This document shows, in pieces, positions 40,201-61,336 of a stretch of 64,000 nucleotides of DNA. Source of the DNA: Ascidiella aspersa (Eukaryota). Positions within the stretch are counted from its first letter, which is position 1, and each line of letters begins with the position of its first letter. The stretch covers positions 17,422,001-17,486,000 of the forward strand of contig OZ004614.1 of NCBI GenBank assembly GCA_963924565.1. Direction: 5' to 3'. The notes beneath the pieces were generated by a model, which worked only from the letters and a program-made list of their open reading frames with translations, was not told the DNA's origin and did no database searches. Made by a program: the position numbers and the translations under genes.

Positions 40201-43200
40201 TTTGCTGGGACATCAAAGGATATTCACCGGGCTCTTTGGTTTTTGATTACAAATAAAATGTTGTAGCTTTCAGTTTGCCATTTAATTTTATGATTTAGCT
40301 CAGGGTGGTCCAAACCCAGGCCCGCGGGCCGCATGTGATCACATTACTTTTTGACGATGCTTTTTGTCGTCATGTTTAAACATTTCATGCCCCGACCTTA
40401 CGAAAATCGTTGATCGCTCCTAGCACGCATGTCGCATATATAGCCTACTTTATGTGGCGCGCCAAGTATATCAAAGAAATATTGTGGCCCGCGATGCTGT
40501 CAACCTTGGACCACCCTGTTTAGCTCATCAAACTAAATAACGCGGTCACACAGAGGCAAGACTGCCACTCGTGTTTTTTGACATCTGTATAAGATGTTTT
40601 AATTTTAAAAAATTATTTGATCTTTTTGGACAAACTATAAAAAAATATAATATATCATTAAAGTTTCACTTAAACTGTATATATCAGTTATTAGTCGAAA
40701 ATAAAACAACACAGTTTGTTGCGCCAATACGCAAATTGAGATGGGAAGTCGTAAATGGACCTGGAATAAAATATATTCAGCACTAAAAAAAAACGTTTAA
40801 AGTAAACCTATATCGTGACTACGCGGATAATGTTTTCACCTCATCCAATCTGACCAAACTTTTTACAATCGACAGGCCGGCATTAGGCAAGTGTACGCTG
40901 AAGTCCTTCCCTCGCACAAAGTTGGCAAGATACGGCAGCTGCAGGAGAGTGGGGGTAAGGTGGCGATGGTGGGTGACGGGGTGAACGACTCCCCTGCCCT
41001 CGCCCAGGCAGACGTCGGCATCGCTATTGGCACCGGAACTGACGTGGCAGTCGAGGCGGCTGATGTTGTGCTCATTCGGGTAAGCTTTCACTGAGTTGGA
41101 TTTGGGATTTTTTTCATTTGGTCCGTTTGGACGAATATTTAAATTGTTTACTAGGCGAATTCACTTTATGATCATTAAATCAGAAAAAAATGATGTTTAC
41201 TAAAATAATTAGTGTCGTTCACTCGAATGTTTTTAGTGATTTGATATATAATATCGGTCTAAAGTAGGTCGGCACAACTTGAAACAATACAATGCCGCGA
41301 CCAGCAAAGATCTTTCGCGGGTCGTATAATTACGTTGTATGACAAATCTCAAGGATGACGTTGTGTATAGTTACGGCATTATTACGATATTTATCTAAAA
41401 AACATCTGTGTACATATATGCACCGCAAACAATCTAATCGCGCGAAATTTCCCTAGCGCTTTGTTTGTTTTTTTAGAAATTCCCCTAGCGCTTGTTTGTG
41501 TTGGGGATCTTGGGCTGTTGACCTTTTTCCTCGGGATCTTCCCTGTTTGTGTTTATGCCTTTTCGTTTTTTCGTGGCCGCACAACAGACCCACGTATTCT
41601 GGCGTGGCAAAAATTATCTATACGTTAATCTGCTCTACGCGAGTCTTTTTAAACTTCTAATTTGAAATACGACTCTAGTTACAAACTTTGCTAACCCCTG
41701 GAAGGTCCATCCCTAAACTATTATACACAGCCCGACAGTCACAACATTATACGAAAAACTAAGCTATGCCAATTGTTATTTTCGACGAACTGTAAAGCAA
41801 TTGTGTATGATTATACTATACACAAGCCAGTCGGCATTGATTTAAAAAGAAAGTCGTAAACGTGTTATTACATCGTGGGAGCACATGGGCCGCATTGAAA
41901 TGCTACCACATGGTTTACAGGTCTGGTATAAAGGATAGGGATTCGTACAATTCCTCCCCCTGTGGGGTGGATTAACATAGGGCAGTGATTCTCAACCGCG
42001 GCTCTCAGAGCCGCATGCGGCTCTCAACTGAACATTTTGCGGCTCTCTAACCGAGTGAAAAATTAGTTAGAAGTAGCAGAATTGCAACAAAGTAAGTAAG
42101 AGAAATCAAGAATTAATGAATTGTATCAGCAAGGATCCCGAGTACGAAGTACTGATGTGACCTGGTTCTTCCATCCGGCTCTTAAAAATAATTTTGTGGT
42201 CTGTTATATCACAATATATTTAGTCCTGATCGACAAGCTATGGCAAACACTGTTAATTAGTTAGCCTAGGCTAGCGTAATGTATATTTGTTGTTTTCTAG
42301 TTGCTTTCTCAATGTTTTTTAATTATATGCCTACTGTTGTTTTTTATGCGGCTCCTTGCAAACCTTAGGTTTGAAATGCGGCTCTTGCTGTAAAAAAGGT
42401 TGAGAATCACTGACATAGGGTGTAAGCAGTATTATCCGACCTTTTTACAGTTTACAGTGTATATCTCGAACCGATGTATTTAAAAGACCAACCAAGGTAC
42501 TCAATTTCAACCTTTCTCTCGTAACGCTAAATGATTTCACTTCAAAACTGTACCAACTTAGAACGACCTCATGGACGTGGTGGCAGCCATCGACCTTTCG
42601 AAGCTGGTCATACGAAGAATTCGCATAAACTTCGTCTTTGCTTGCTTCTACAATCTCATCGGGATTCCTCTGGCAGCCGGTGCCTTTTACACGTTGGGCG
42701 CCGTCTTGGAACCGTGGATGGGATCTGCAGCAATGGCGGCCAGCTCTGTGTCCGTTGTCACTTCTTCACTTTTCCTGAAAATGTAAGTAGCAGCAATGGC
42801 TCTATTTTTACATACATTTTGGTATATGAAAGCGTGCTTACAGTCCCCATGACAAATTTTATATTCTGTAATGTAAAATAAATTTAGGTTGAAATTTTAC
42901 CCGCTTAAAACGCAGCTTTCAAAGAAGGTTGATAACGGAGAGCAACATTTCGCTCTCTCATTCTTTCACAAGCGCCATCATGATTTACCCACAAACTGAC
43001 CCCCTGGCGCCCACTAGTAATCAGCAAGACTTGGAAGACGCCCTTTGTCGCCCCTCAGTGGCGTTTCTGGTCAAATCTGAAACATTTCCTTTTATGGATG
43101 ATGATGGTTTGCCTTGTTTCCGTCACGGAAACATCGTGATGTAACCTGGGGTAATTAACTTCGGGGCATTGGTGGTGGAGTAGTGTGTCGTAGTGGACAC

Positions 43201-45863
43201 ATAGAAACGTTACCTTAGATTAGAGGTGTTTTGGTATTTTGTGTTGAAAACAATCCTCCTTTATTATCACGAGGTTTAAACGCATTGATATCTTACAGCT
43301 TTATATTTTTTTAAAGGTATAAATTTTGAATGCTTATTTTAAAGGTTTTTTGGTTTTTTCCTAGAAATTGAGAATAGATTGACAAACAAATTATACCCGG
43401 GTAAAGCAAATTGAAAAAAAGTTTGATTTCAAGAGTTCACCCCAATTAAGCGTAATTCACGCACGCAGGTACCGCAAGCCATCCCACGACCACTTTCCTC
43501 TGCCTCGTTACGTCAATAGCACTGACGTCATCGAAGACAGTGAAGTCCATGCAATCTCGGGAGTCGAAGGAGCGATTAAGCCGAAGTCCAGTGAGCTTGG
43601 TCGCCAGCTGTCCGCCATTAAAACCAAAGTGCTGGAGTCAATACATTCCATATCGATTGGTGGCGATAATGATGGACAGGTGAGATTCGCTTATTAGACT
43701 GTTTTTGGGGAGATTTGTGTTTGTATCGCAGATTCCGCAGCAGATCTCTTTCTTTGCAGTGCTACAGCGCGTTATGATATTCACCTCAGTGGTTCTAAAA
43801 TTGTTTTTTCATATTCCTCCCTTACAAGCCCAAACAGTGTCAATTCCTCCCCACAAAATTAAAAAAAAAATAGGTAAAACTGCAATACACATCTGCGCAA
43901 TAGACAGGACTTTGTTACAAATTCGCTAATCGCCTTAAGCAGACCTGGGCCAACATATGGCCCGCGGGCCCGCCAGATGATGCGAAGACAAGGGCGAGTT
44001 TCGACATGTTTGGTTGTTTCGTAAATACTATTTCCAGGGACGGATCCAAACTCTATTTTAAGCCTGTTTTAAAGATTGAAATGATTTTTTTTCATGGTTG
44101 GTTAAATCGCTTCGCGCCAATTTCTTATCTTTTTCTTGTTCCACGCAGGTTTAGGCACCTTTACAGACGAAAGCGTCCTTTGCACTGTGGCACTCTTTCC
44201 AACGAAACTTGACCAAACTTAGCCTAATATTAAATTAATTTTTTGCTCCCTTTGTCGAATGTGTTTTATCTTTAAAATATGAACAAAATACCAGCGGTTT
44301 TCTAAACTCTTAAGTCTAAAACATACCGATTCACACTCTGTAAACCTAATTTAGTGAATACCATGTTGTGTGTTTTTCCCGATTAATGCCGTCTTCGAAA
44401 TATGGCCATTGTACTCCCAATTAACATATTCGGCACGCGGTTTAAAATAATTGCCCATCCCTGGTCTAAAGGTTTAGTTTGTTTGAACACATGACGTAGG
44501 TATTAATTTTATACTTGCAGTATGTAAAAATGTCCTGCATTGATGTATTTTCCTAAATAGCTGTAACTGTGAAGAAACAATAGACTTGATTATGGGCCTA
44601 GTAAACTCTTTGCAATATCAATCATCAGTTCATCACAGTTAATATTCTTTTTATTGAATTTAACCGATTAAATAACTTCTTTTTTAATCCATTTTTCTCC
44701 CCAATTCCTACCTGGAACAAATTTCCTCCCTAAGGGAGACAAGTGGCTCCATCGCCGTTACCCGATTTGTTGGGAAACCTTAAATACAGCAACTTCTTCA
44801 TTGAACTGAACCTATAATGCAAATTTTGTTCAGTTTTTCCGCCTATTTATCTATACAACCCATATTAACTTTACATGATGCTAAAGACAATTAACCAAAC
44901 ACTATATGTTGCATCAGCCAAGAAAAGAAACACAAATGTCAAATTTACAGGTTATAAAATTGAAAAATTTGTTGTTTTCGAAAAAAACATTTTGTAACAT
45001 TAATAGTAAAATATCGGCTCAAATTTAGTGATATCGGAATACGTAACATATCGGCCGATGTTATCGTCAAAGCGATGATGGTCTATTTCAAAGCCTTACT
45101 TTGGATTTCATGCATAGCTTTAGATCAGTGGTTCTTAACCTTTTTGTACCGGTGACCCCCTTTTTTGATGCTTTCAAATGGTCGCGGACCCCTAACATAT
45201 TTCGTGTGTGATATCTGCCAATTTACTTAATGACACGTTTAAGTGATTTGTGCTGCTGCATCGCCGAAGCAAGTCTTAAAATGCGTGGTTGTGTTTTTGA
45301 CAATGCTAGACGCATGTCATCTTTGAGAATGGTAACATAAACCAAAATCCAGTACATTTAAACTGTTGGAATTCCTCTGCCTTCCATTTTACAATCCATT
45401 GTGTTACATCACAATGGAAGTGTTCTGTCACACTCGATGTAATTTACAACATGTTACAACCAAGATTGTGATTAAGCATGCTACCAAGCGTTAGTTATTT
45501 CGTAGCGGTAATTAAATTAATAATGGTATATTTTAAGTTTTGTGGACCCCCTGAAAACGTCTTGCGGACCCCCGGTTGAGTACCAATGCTTTAGAATTTA
45601 GATAAATGAACTAACTACTTCACAAGTAATGTCATACGAAGCCTTAACCCCAAATGAAGTACCACTGTTTTGACTAGTACGTATCGCGCAAGTTTCGTGT
45701 TTCGGGTCAAATCCCAGTTTTCATGTTTATTTTTTACTTGGTTCAGGACGGCGGCTCGACCAAGAGAAGTTACACCAATTTATCCGCGACTAAGCAGTCG
45801 ACTAAAAGCGAGCAGCAGCGATCTCTTCTTGAGGACGATGGCATTCATGAAGAAATGCTGTAA
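22265..45863 (+). CDS. ATP7A: Copper-transporting P1B-type ATPase (ATP7A/ATP7B co-orthologue) with six metal-binding domains
   Basis: Exons 22265-22375, 23288-23396, 24406-24512, 25011-25241, 28245-29079, 29397-29569, 31017-31178, 32381-32617, 33437-33670, 34298-34520, 35356-35525, 36583-36710, 37113-37296, 37714-37905, 38428-38556, 38900-39056, 39966-40153, 40876-41079, 42562-42782, 43469-43679 and 45747-45863 splice in frame. Motifs: six GMxCxxC, TGE, CPC, DKTGT, SEHPL, TGDN, GDGVND, YN, MAASS and a C-terminal RSLL dileucine. Confidence 0.95.
22766..23038. mobile_element. Palindromic (foldback) non-autonomous DNA transposon with 8-bp TSD and TTAGGG-like arms
   Basis: Perfect 23-bp TIR GGCGCTCTTTCACTATTGTACGT; near-perfect internal palindrome; TSD CATTTATT/CATCTATT (7/8). 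Confidence 0.85.
23356..23536 (+). repeat. 90-bp tandem duplication spanning the ATP7 exon 2 / intron 2 junction
   Basis: AAGAGAACATTGATGATATGGGTTTTGATGTTTCAAAGAAAGGTCA...CAGAATCTTGCCAA occurs twice with period 90 and about 4 substitutions. Confidence 0.95.
23946..24260. mobile_element. MITE-like element with GGCTCC(G/A) subterminal repeats
   Basis: Starts CAGGGCTGGGGAGCC; arrays of GGCTCCGGCTCCAGCTCC; degraded right end CCTCAGCC. Confidence 0.6.
24590..24875. mobile_element. MITE with CCGATA repeats
   Basis: TAGAGATCGAC / GTCTATCTCTA termini; CCGATACCGATACCG and TATCGG subterminal motifs; related remnant near 45010-45085. Confidence 0.6.
26314..26638. mobile_element. hAT (Charlie-like) MITE
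   Basis: CAGCGTTTCTCAACC / GGTTAAGAAACACTG TIRs; perfect TSD GTCTAGAG; GTGCGCCGC subterminal repeats. Confidence 0.85.
27212..30312. repeat. Intragenic direct repeats A (27212-27465 = 27966-28218) and B (27464-27966 = 29810-30312)
   Basis: Blocks of about 250 bp and 500 bp are near-identical on direct reading. Confidence 0.95.
35545..36062. mobile_element. Degenerate inverted-repeat element with GGGTTAGGGTT core
   Basis: TAAACCTGTCGGAA / TTCCGACGGGTTTA inverted pair; CTTATTTCGGTC repeats at the right end; boundaries approximate. Confidence 0.4.
37393..37593. mobile_element. MITE with GACTT repeats
   Basis: GTGTTGTAA / TTACAACAT inverted ends; many TGACTT/AAGTC motifs. Confidence 0.55.
40301..40518. 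mobile_element. hAT-type MITE
   Basis: Perfect 13-bp TIR CAGGGTGGTCCAA; flanking direct repeat TTTAGCT; GGCCCGCG subterminal motifs. Confidence 0.8.
41983..42412. mobile_element. hAT-type MITE
   Basis: Perfect 15-bp TIR CAGTGATTCTCAACC; perfect 8-bp TSD ACATAGGG; GCGGCTC subterminal repeats. Confidence 0.9.
43940..44463. mobile_element. Degenerate hAT-type MITE in the last ATP7 intron
   Basis: CAGACCTGGGC / TTGCCCATCCCTG ends, GGCCCGCGGGCC motif, imperfect TSD GCCTTAAG/GTCTAAAG. Confidence 0.55.
45126..45588. mobile_element. hAT-type MITE
   Basis: CAGTGGTTCTTAACC / GGTTGAGTACCAATG TIRs; TSD CTTTAGAT/CTTTAGAA; homologous to 15760-16294. Confidence 0.8.
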
Positions 45864-47558
45864 GGCGATGCTTTTGCCGGCCTGCAAATATCGGGGGATT
45901 GCATGTTGTACTTGAACCTGTCCTTCGTTTCCCCGTTTTTTACAACTTTTTTAATCCTAGTTTGTGTGGCGTGTTCATTGTTTGCCATACAAAACAGTGA
46001 CAGTGCTATTCCAGTTTAGGGATTGCCGAAACCTAGTTGGCGAAAACCTTGAACTTTCACACTTTTACACATCAACAGATTCGTCAATTGGCATTTGCTT
46101 TTCGTCCTTTATGTTGCAAACGTAACGTTAAATTTTTTCAATTTAAATTTTTTACGTTGCTGAGAAATGCGCAAAGTTGTCGAATAGCACTGTGCGATCA
46201 GTTACCCACAGCAGCATGGTCTAAAAGATTTTTCGTTGCAGTTGAAATAATACGTGGAAAAAATATTGTTTTTTTCCAGCTTCAAATCACCAGTGAGACT
46301 TTTTAAGATTGCATTTGTTTAACTGCTTCAAGAGGAATTCCGTTTGTTGTTAACGTTTTGTGTCTTGTGTGAAATTCTTAAACTTTTTATAACGTTTTAC
46401 CGAGAAAATACGTTAATTATTGATATCGCGTTCTAGAATTAGTAATCATCCAAACTTGGTATTTTCGCACAATCATGAATGCAACCCAAAATTAGTAAAC
46501 TTGAAAAATTGTTTACAAATATGCAAAAGCATCACTAATTCTAAAAAAGGAGTCTTTTGAAACGGCCTATAACTTAAATATTTTACGGAAAATAGAAAAC
46601 TATTTTTTTTAAAACGTACAATAGTTGATATATAGAACAATAAGTTATTTTGTGCAATAGCAAAACGACCAGTGAGTTTATGCATTATTACACGCATTCT
46701 AGCTATTTCTATGGAGATCCAATGTAACGAAAAAATGCCGTTTTTTTTAAGAGATTGAAGTACAGCTTTGAAAGCCTTCCATTATGCACTTTTCTTCTTT
46801 GCATAACCTGTTTAATATTTTGCTTTAGTTAATCGTCACATTAAACTTTTTGTAGCATCGTCGTCCTGTCTTTTGCGAGACAGAATTTTGAATTTTCAGA
46901 TAAAAAAAAATGTTTTGTTTTTCGATAGGCAAAAAACAAACATACCTCGTCATTTTTAATAATATATGTCAACTAATTATTACTGCCAATTTGTCATACA
47001 TTTTGTCTGCGATGTGTGCTTTGTTGCAGTGCAAAGCATGTTGCATCACACAATTAATATGATTTATTGAATTATGCTCGTTCAGTGATTCTTCATGGTA
47101 AGCGATAAAATAGAATAATTTTATTGACTAGATGAAGTAGGAATATAAAAACCCATGTAACATTTTAAACTTTTTTGTTTCGAATATATCTATTCATTTT
47201 CAAAATCTTACCGTAAAGCGTACATTTTCAGAGACCGCAGGCAAACTACTGCTCTCGGTGGATTCCGTGCGTAAATGTGCAACTGAAATATTAGGCTAAA
47301 CACATCCAAAGAGGTGACCACGAAACATTTGCGCAAAGCGTAATTTGTTTGGAAATTTAAGAAGGGAAAGATTCCCCTTGAGTTGACAAAAGCAGCACAA
47401 CACATAGCTTTGCGCTTTCTAGACATTTTACATTTGTACTAAATAAATAGGCAGATAAATAACTGTGGGACATGGCCCCTGAAAGTCAACATATTTCCGC
47501 TGTTGCTGCAAAAAGCTATCTATCCCAAACGTCATTCAAACACTAAGTATTCTTAGCG

Positions 47559-48262
47559 CAGTGTTTCCCAACCTTTTCAGTAAAACATTTTTTAATTAAA
47601 CATAAGAAATCGCTGAACTTTGACGGCTATCAAAATAGCTTCACGAATATCAATGTCCGAACGATTATACTGTGTTTGGTTTAATGGTAGCAAGATTCGA
47701 AAAATAGTAGTTTCAACCAGGTTCGTAGCTACGACTGGTTCATCCGATGCACTGCGCTGGGCCCCAGGATGAGGGGACCCCGCATTGATATATTTTATTG
47801 TAAAATGAGATGTAAACCTCTTAATATTTTATGTATAATGTAGGCTTAAGCCCCTGAATGCTCCATAGTAGAGTTTGCACCAGGGCCCCAATCGGCGAAG
47901 TTACTGCCCTAAGTTCAACACTTGTTTTGCCAGAGATTGGTAGGATTGGTGTTAAGAACCAATAAAGAAGGTCTTCGTGAAAAGGACGTTGGTGAACAAA
48001 GTTGTTCAAGCAAATGAGAAAAGGATTTTTAAATGATACACCACCCTTCAAGATACCGGTACCCGAATACTTTTCATGGAAAGCGTCCCTTTAGTTTTTT
48101 GACATCATGCTGTAATTAGTCAGAACTTTTGCACAGTGGTTGAAGAAGTAATCTCAATATCAACGAAATTGACAACCTATAGGCCTATAACCAAATAATT
48201 AGACCACGCCAAATACAATTTGAAAATTTTAAGTGCCCTCACGGTTGGGTAGGCTACCACTG
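47559..48262. mobile_element. Degenerate hAT-type element with a small nested GGGCCCC MITE (about 47718-47912)
   Basis: CAGTGTTTCCCAACC / GGTTGGGT..CCACTG ends; TSD TCTTAGCG/TTTTAGCG. Confidence 0.55.
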
Positions 48263-49826
48263 TTTTAGCGGTTTACCGTTCTTGACCGTTCTGGCTCACT
48301 TTCACCACTGGGTGAAGAACCCAGTGTTGTAGCTGTTTCCAGAATCGCTCTTGAAAATACAAACATATTTACTCTAAATAGAACGTAGCCTACTTTAAGT
48401 TTTTGTCAAATTTAAAAAAATTAAAGGCCGGAACTGTTGGTTTCATAAAGTCGCTTTGGTACCATATGATTGTATAATAGGAACATTCTTTTAAAAATAC
48501 CCAAAATATCGATTGACGATATAAAAACGCGCATTTGTTACAAACATAAAACGAAACCCGAAAGGATTTTAACATCTAGAAGACCAGACAAGCCATATAT
48601 GACTGTAGATTTAAATAAACTTTGGCAATTAATTGCGAGATCAAACGTAGACTTGCCTCGATTAACACTGAATATCATTTCTTAATAGGCAACCGGATTT
48701 AGGCCAAACAAGTGACGAAAAGAGTCTGCTTCTACGCAAATGAGGTGAACGCAATTCAAACTGAAGCTCGCTGTTGCAATTTGTTTCATATAACAAATGT
48801 TTTTTTATGTGCAAACCAGCATATATCTTTCATGTGGTGCGTTTCTTTCATATTTGTATTTTAATTCTATGCATCAAACAATGCTATAAAGTTAATAGAT
48901 ACGTAATATGTATTTAACTCTAATACGATGGTGTGTTGATTGCTGTTATAGAGCTTATCGTCGTGAGAAAGTTTACCAAACACCTTAAAATTATATGGTT
49001 TCTAAACTTTTGACGGCTGCGGACCAGTAAAATTGCGAAAAAATGTTTCGCTGACCTGTCACCCTTTCGAAGGCACGTTTCTTTACTGAGACACCAATGT
49101 CAAGCTAATATAATAAACAAGACTTTCAAGGAGTATAATAATAATGTACAGAGTTACTTATTATTCTAATAATGTTAGTTTGAAATTCAGAAATTTTAGG
49201 ACAAATAATAATCCTTTTAGTCAAATCCTAGTAGGCCTACAAGGCACCACAATTAACTTCCATGTGGGCTGTAAAATTACCATACAAATTTGCTAAATTT
49301 TAAAGATTAATATTTTACAGTCATGTATTATTTTAGCTTGCTGCCAATTTTCTCGTGCAGTTTTTAAAAACAGACAAAACACTAGAATTAGATTTGCTAA
49401 AAAACAGCGCTACGGAGTCGGAGTAACACTAAATAAAACTACCCGAGTCCTTAGTCCGACATGCGCACCCGCATTATAAAATTTCGAAACTGATAAGGCA
49501 AGAAACTTGTAATGGGGAATTTTTCAGAGGCCTACGTCACAAAGTTACGTGTTGTTTTGACCTAAGAGAACCTATTAATTCAAAAAGTTTGTTCCGATTA
49601 AAAGACAAAAAATACTGTCGGACAAAGTATAGTGTTTTAGGTAAAACCAGAATTAGATCTTGTTATAGCACAGAATCCAGAAATTAGAACTTGTTATAGC
49701 ACAGAATCCATTTACAATTTTGTTAAGAATTAAAATTTTTTACTAGTTATTTAGAATTATCTAGTTGTCCAAGTCAACCTGTCGATAACGCGATAACTTA
49801 TCGTTTGCATAGGCTATAGTCTAAGC

Positions 49827-50466
49827 CACGGCCGTCACCAAACTGTGGCCCGCGGGCCAGCCCCGGCCAGCCAGTTTAATATTTTTTTGGCCCGTGGCAT
49901 ATTTCCTGAATGGTCCTCAATTGCGGTTGTAGCCTATGCCCTAGTGGGTACGGGTGATGACTTATGTTTAGGGGGACTTTTATTAAGACCCCAAGACTCC
50001 TTATTTCTAATTCCTATCAGAGGTGGATAACATCAATCCAGCACCACTTAATTTACCAGTCCGGTTTAATAGCACTCAAAAGGGCCGCACCTTGTAGCTA
50101 GGCCCGACGTCTGGCCAACAGGTTAAGCAGAAGGCACGGGGCGCTGAATACCTAGGTGAAGGAAGGGTAAAAGGCACAACGGCGGGATACAGCGACCACA
50201 ATCATATTTAATATTAAGCAAAATGTTTATCCATGTTGGGGGATGCAAAACTATATACTAAATTTTGTATAAGTCTTAGTACAAATTTTGGTAATATTTT
50301 TGTTATGTTTCCTTCGTGTTATAACATTTAAGATAAATATTGTAATTTCATAGTCCGTTTGGCTCGCCAGCTTGAACTGTCTGTCAGTCACGCGAACACC
50401 AGTCCTTACTTATAGTTGTCAGGCAGAATTTATTCTGCCTGTTCTAAAAAAGTTGGGTGATCCTTG
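49827..50466. mobile_element. Degenerate hAT-type MITE carrying a GC-rich insert of about 270 bp (49928-50200)
   Basis: GGCCCGCGGGCC subterminal motif, AAAAGTTGGGTGATCCTTG right end, TSD GTCTAAGC/GTCTAACT. Confidence 0.55.
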
Positions 50467-50841
50467 GTCTAACTAAAGCTAGTAAAAATTATGATTTGAA
50501 TTGGGCCTTTAAAGCGTGAAATGCATTTTTACGGCATCTATGGTCTGAAAAAAAAAAATTAAAAATAGAACAAAACTTAAATAGGCAAAATTGGATTTTT
50601 TTTATACCAGTGGTCCCCACCTATATACACATTGTGCGTATAATGTGCCCTAGTGATATGCGCAGTACCGGTAGTACAATTTGGAAAAAGCTATTTTTCC
50701 AGCAACCGGTTACCGAACTTCGAAGTACTGAACCGGTCCATTTTTCATATATGTAACAATGAGCCGGTCCCTGAAAGTTCGGTAAGAATTAGTTTGAAAC
50801 TAAGAAGTACATTCTTGTACTACGCCTTCTCACAGCGGTGA

Positions 50842-51029
50842 AAAACTTATGCAACGCACAATATTTGGGTTAGGGTGCAGGTTAGCGTTTGTGCGAGGGG
50901 GGTCAAGTATTATTATATTTATTATTAAATATTATTGCCTAACCTACACAAACGCTAACACGCACCCTAACCCAAATAATGTCCGTTGTGGTAGGATTCT
51001 AGACTAGACTACCTGCGGCACATAAAGTT
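50842..51029. mobile_element. Foldback-family copy in the MCM3 promoter region
   Basis: TTTGGGTTAGGGTGCAGGTTAGCGTTTG / CAAACGCTAACACGCACCCTAACCCAAA arms around an AT-rich centre. Confidence 0.7.
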
Positions 51030-51234
51030 CAAATGCACATCCTGTGTACATTTTACATTCCGTGCGTATAAATTGCACGTTTGCAAATTTGGCTCACATT
51101 TCGATAATGCACACACAATGTGCACAATTTTTTAATTTTTTTTCGCCTTCCACCTGGACTCACCCCTGATCATCAGAAAAAACTAACCCATATAAAAGAA
51201 TTATTTCATGGTCCAGTAGTTTACAATATTGAAT

Positions 51235-51262
51235 GGCGGGAAATCGTACAACTCGCGGGAAA
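51235..51262 (-). promoter_or_regulatory. Two E2F-type sites (TTTCCCGCC, TTTCCCGCG) in the MCM3 promoter
   Basis: GGCGGGAAA at 51235-51243 and CGCGGGAAA at 51254-51262, about 100 bp upstream of the ATG. MCM genes are classical E2F targets. Confidence 0.75.
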
Positions 51263-51356
51263 CGAGGATCGCTGTCAAAGATAAGCATTTGTTTGCCAGA
51301 GAAGTTTAAGTTTTTCTTTATAAATTGTAATAGTGTATTAAAATTTATTTCTCAAT

Positions 51357-60767
<9,411 letters not shown>

Positions 60768-61336
60768 AACCCTAAATTTGCTTTCGCAAGATTTAAAATG
60801 AAAATATTAAATTAATAAAGAATGAACTTAAGTGTAAACTGTATAGTTTTGCTTTCAATACTTTGTATATAGTCATCATGTTGTTTCTGCCCTTTTTTTT
60901 TTAAATAAATACTGTTGTAAAATGTAGTGTTTTTAAGCAGGCAGATTCTGGTTAAAACTCATATACATGACCAAAACATAATGTGAATAAACATGAAAAA
61001 CATTTACTGTAGGAACAAAGTTGCACATTTTAGCATGAAACAAACACACAGTAATCAAATCAACAGTTTGGAGTACTTTTTACAAGTGTAAGGTTTAAGT
61101 AGTACAATGCGTTACAAAAGTTTGAACAGGCAGGAATGTGTTTTACATAAAAATAAATAGACTTGAACGATTTTTTAATATTGATTCCAAATTAATAAAT
61201 AAAACAGAATGTCTGCACTTACAATAGTACCTCTGTCACAAACCCCACAATAACTGCATTTTTAAGCAAATAAAATAATTTTTCTGTTTAAAATGATCAG
61301 CATTATTAGAGCACAACAACAGTTTAATTTCTCTTC

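Noticed and set aside
49960-50160. RNase MRP-like motifs (AAAGTCCCC, CACGGGGC)
   Set aside because: The two motifs lie on opposite strands and cannot form P4.
45864-51356. ATP7-MCM3 operon
   Set aside because: 5.5-kb spacer, and MCM3 has its own E2F-containing promoter.
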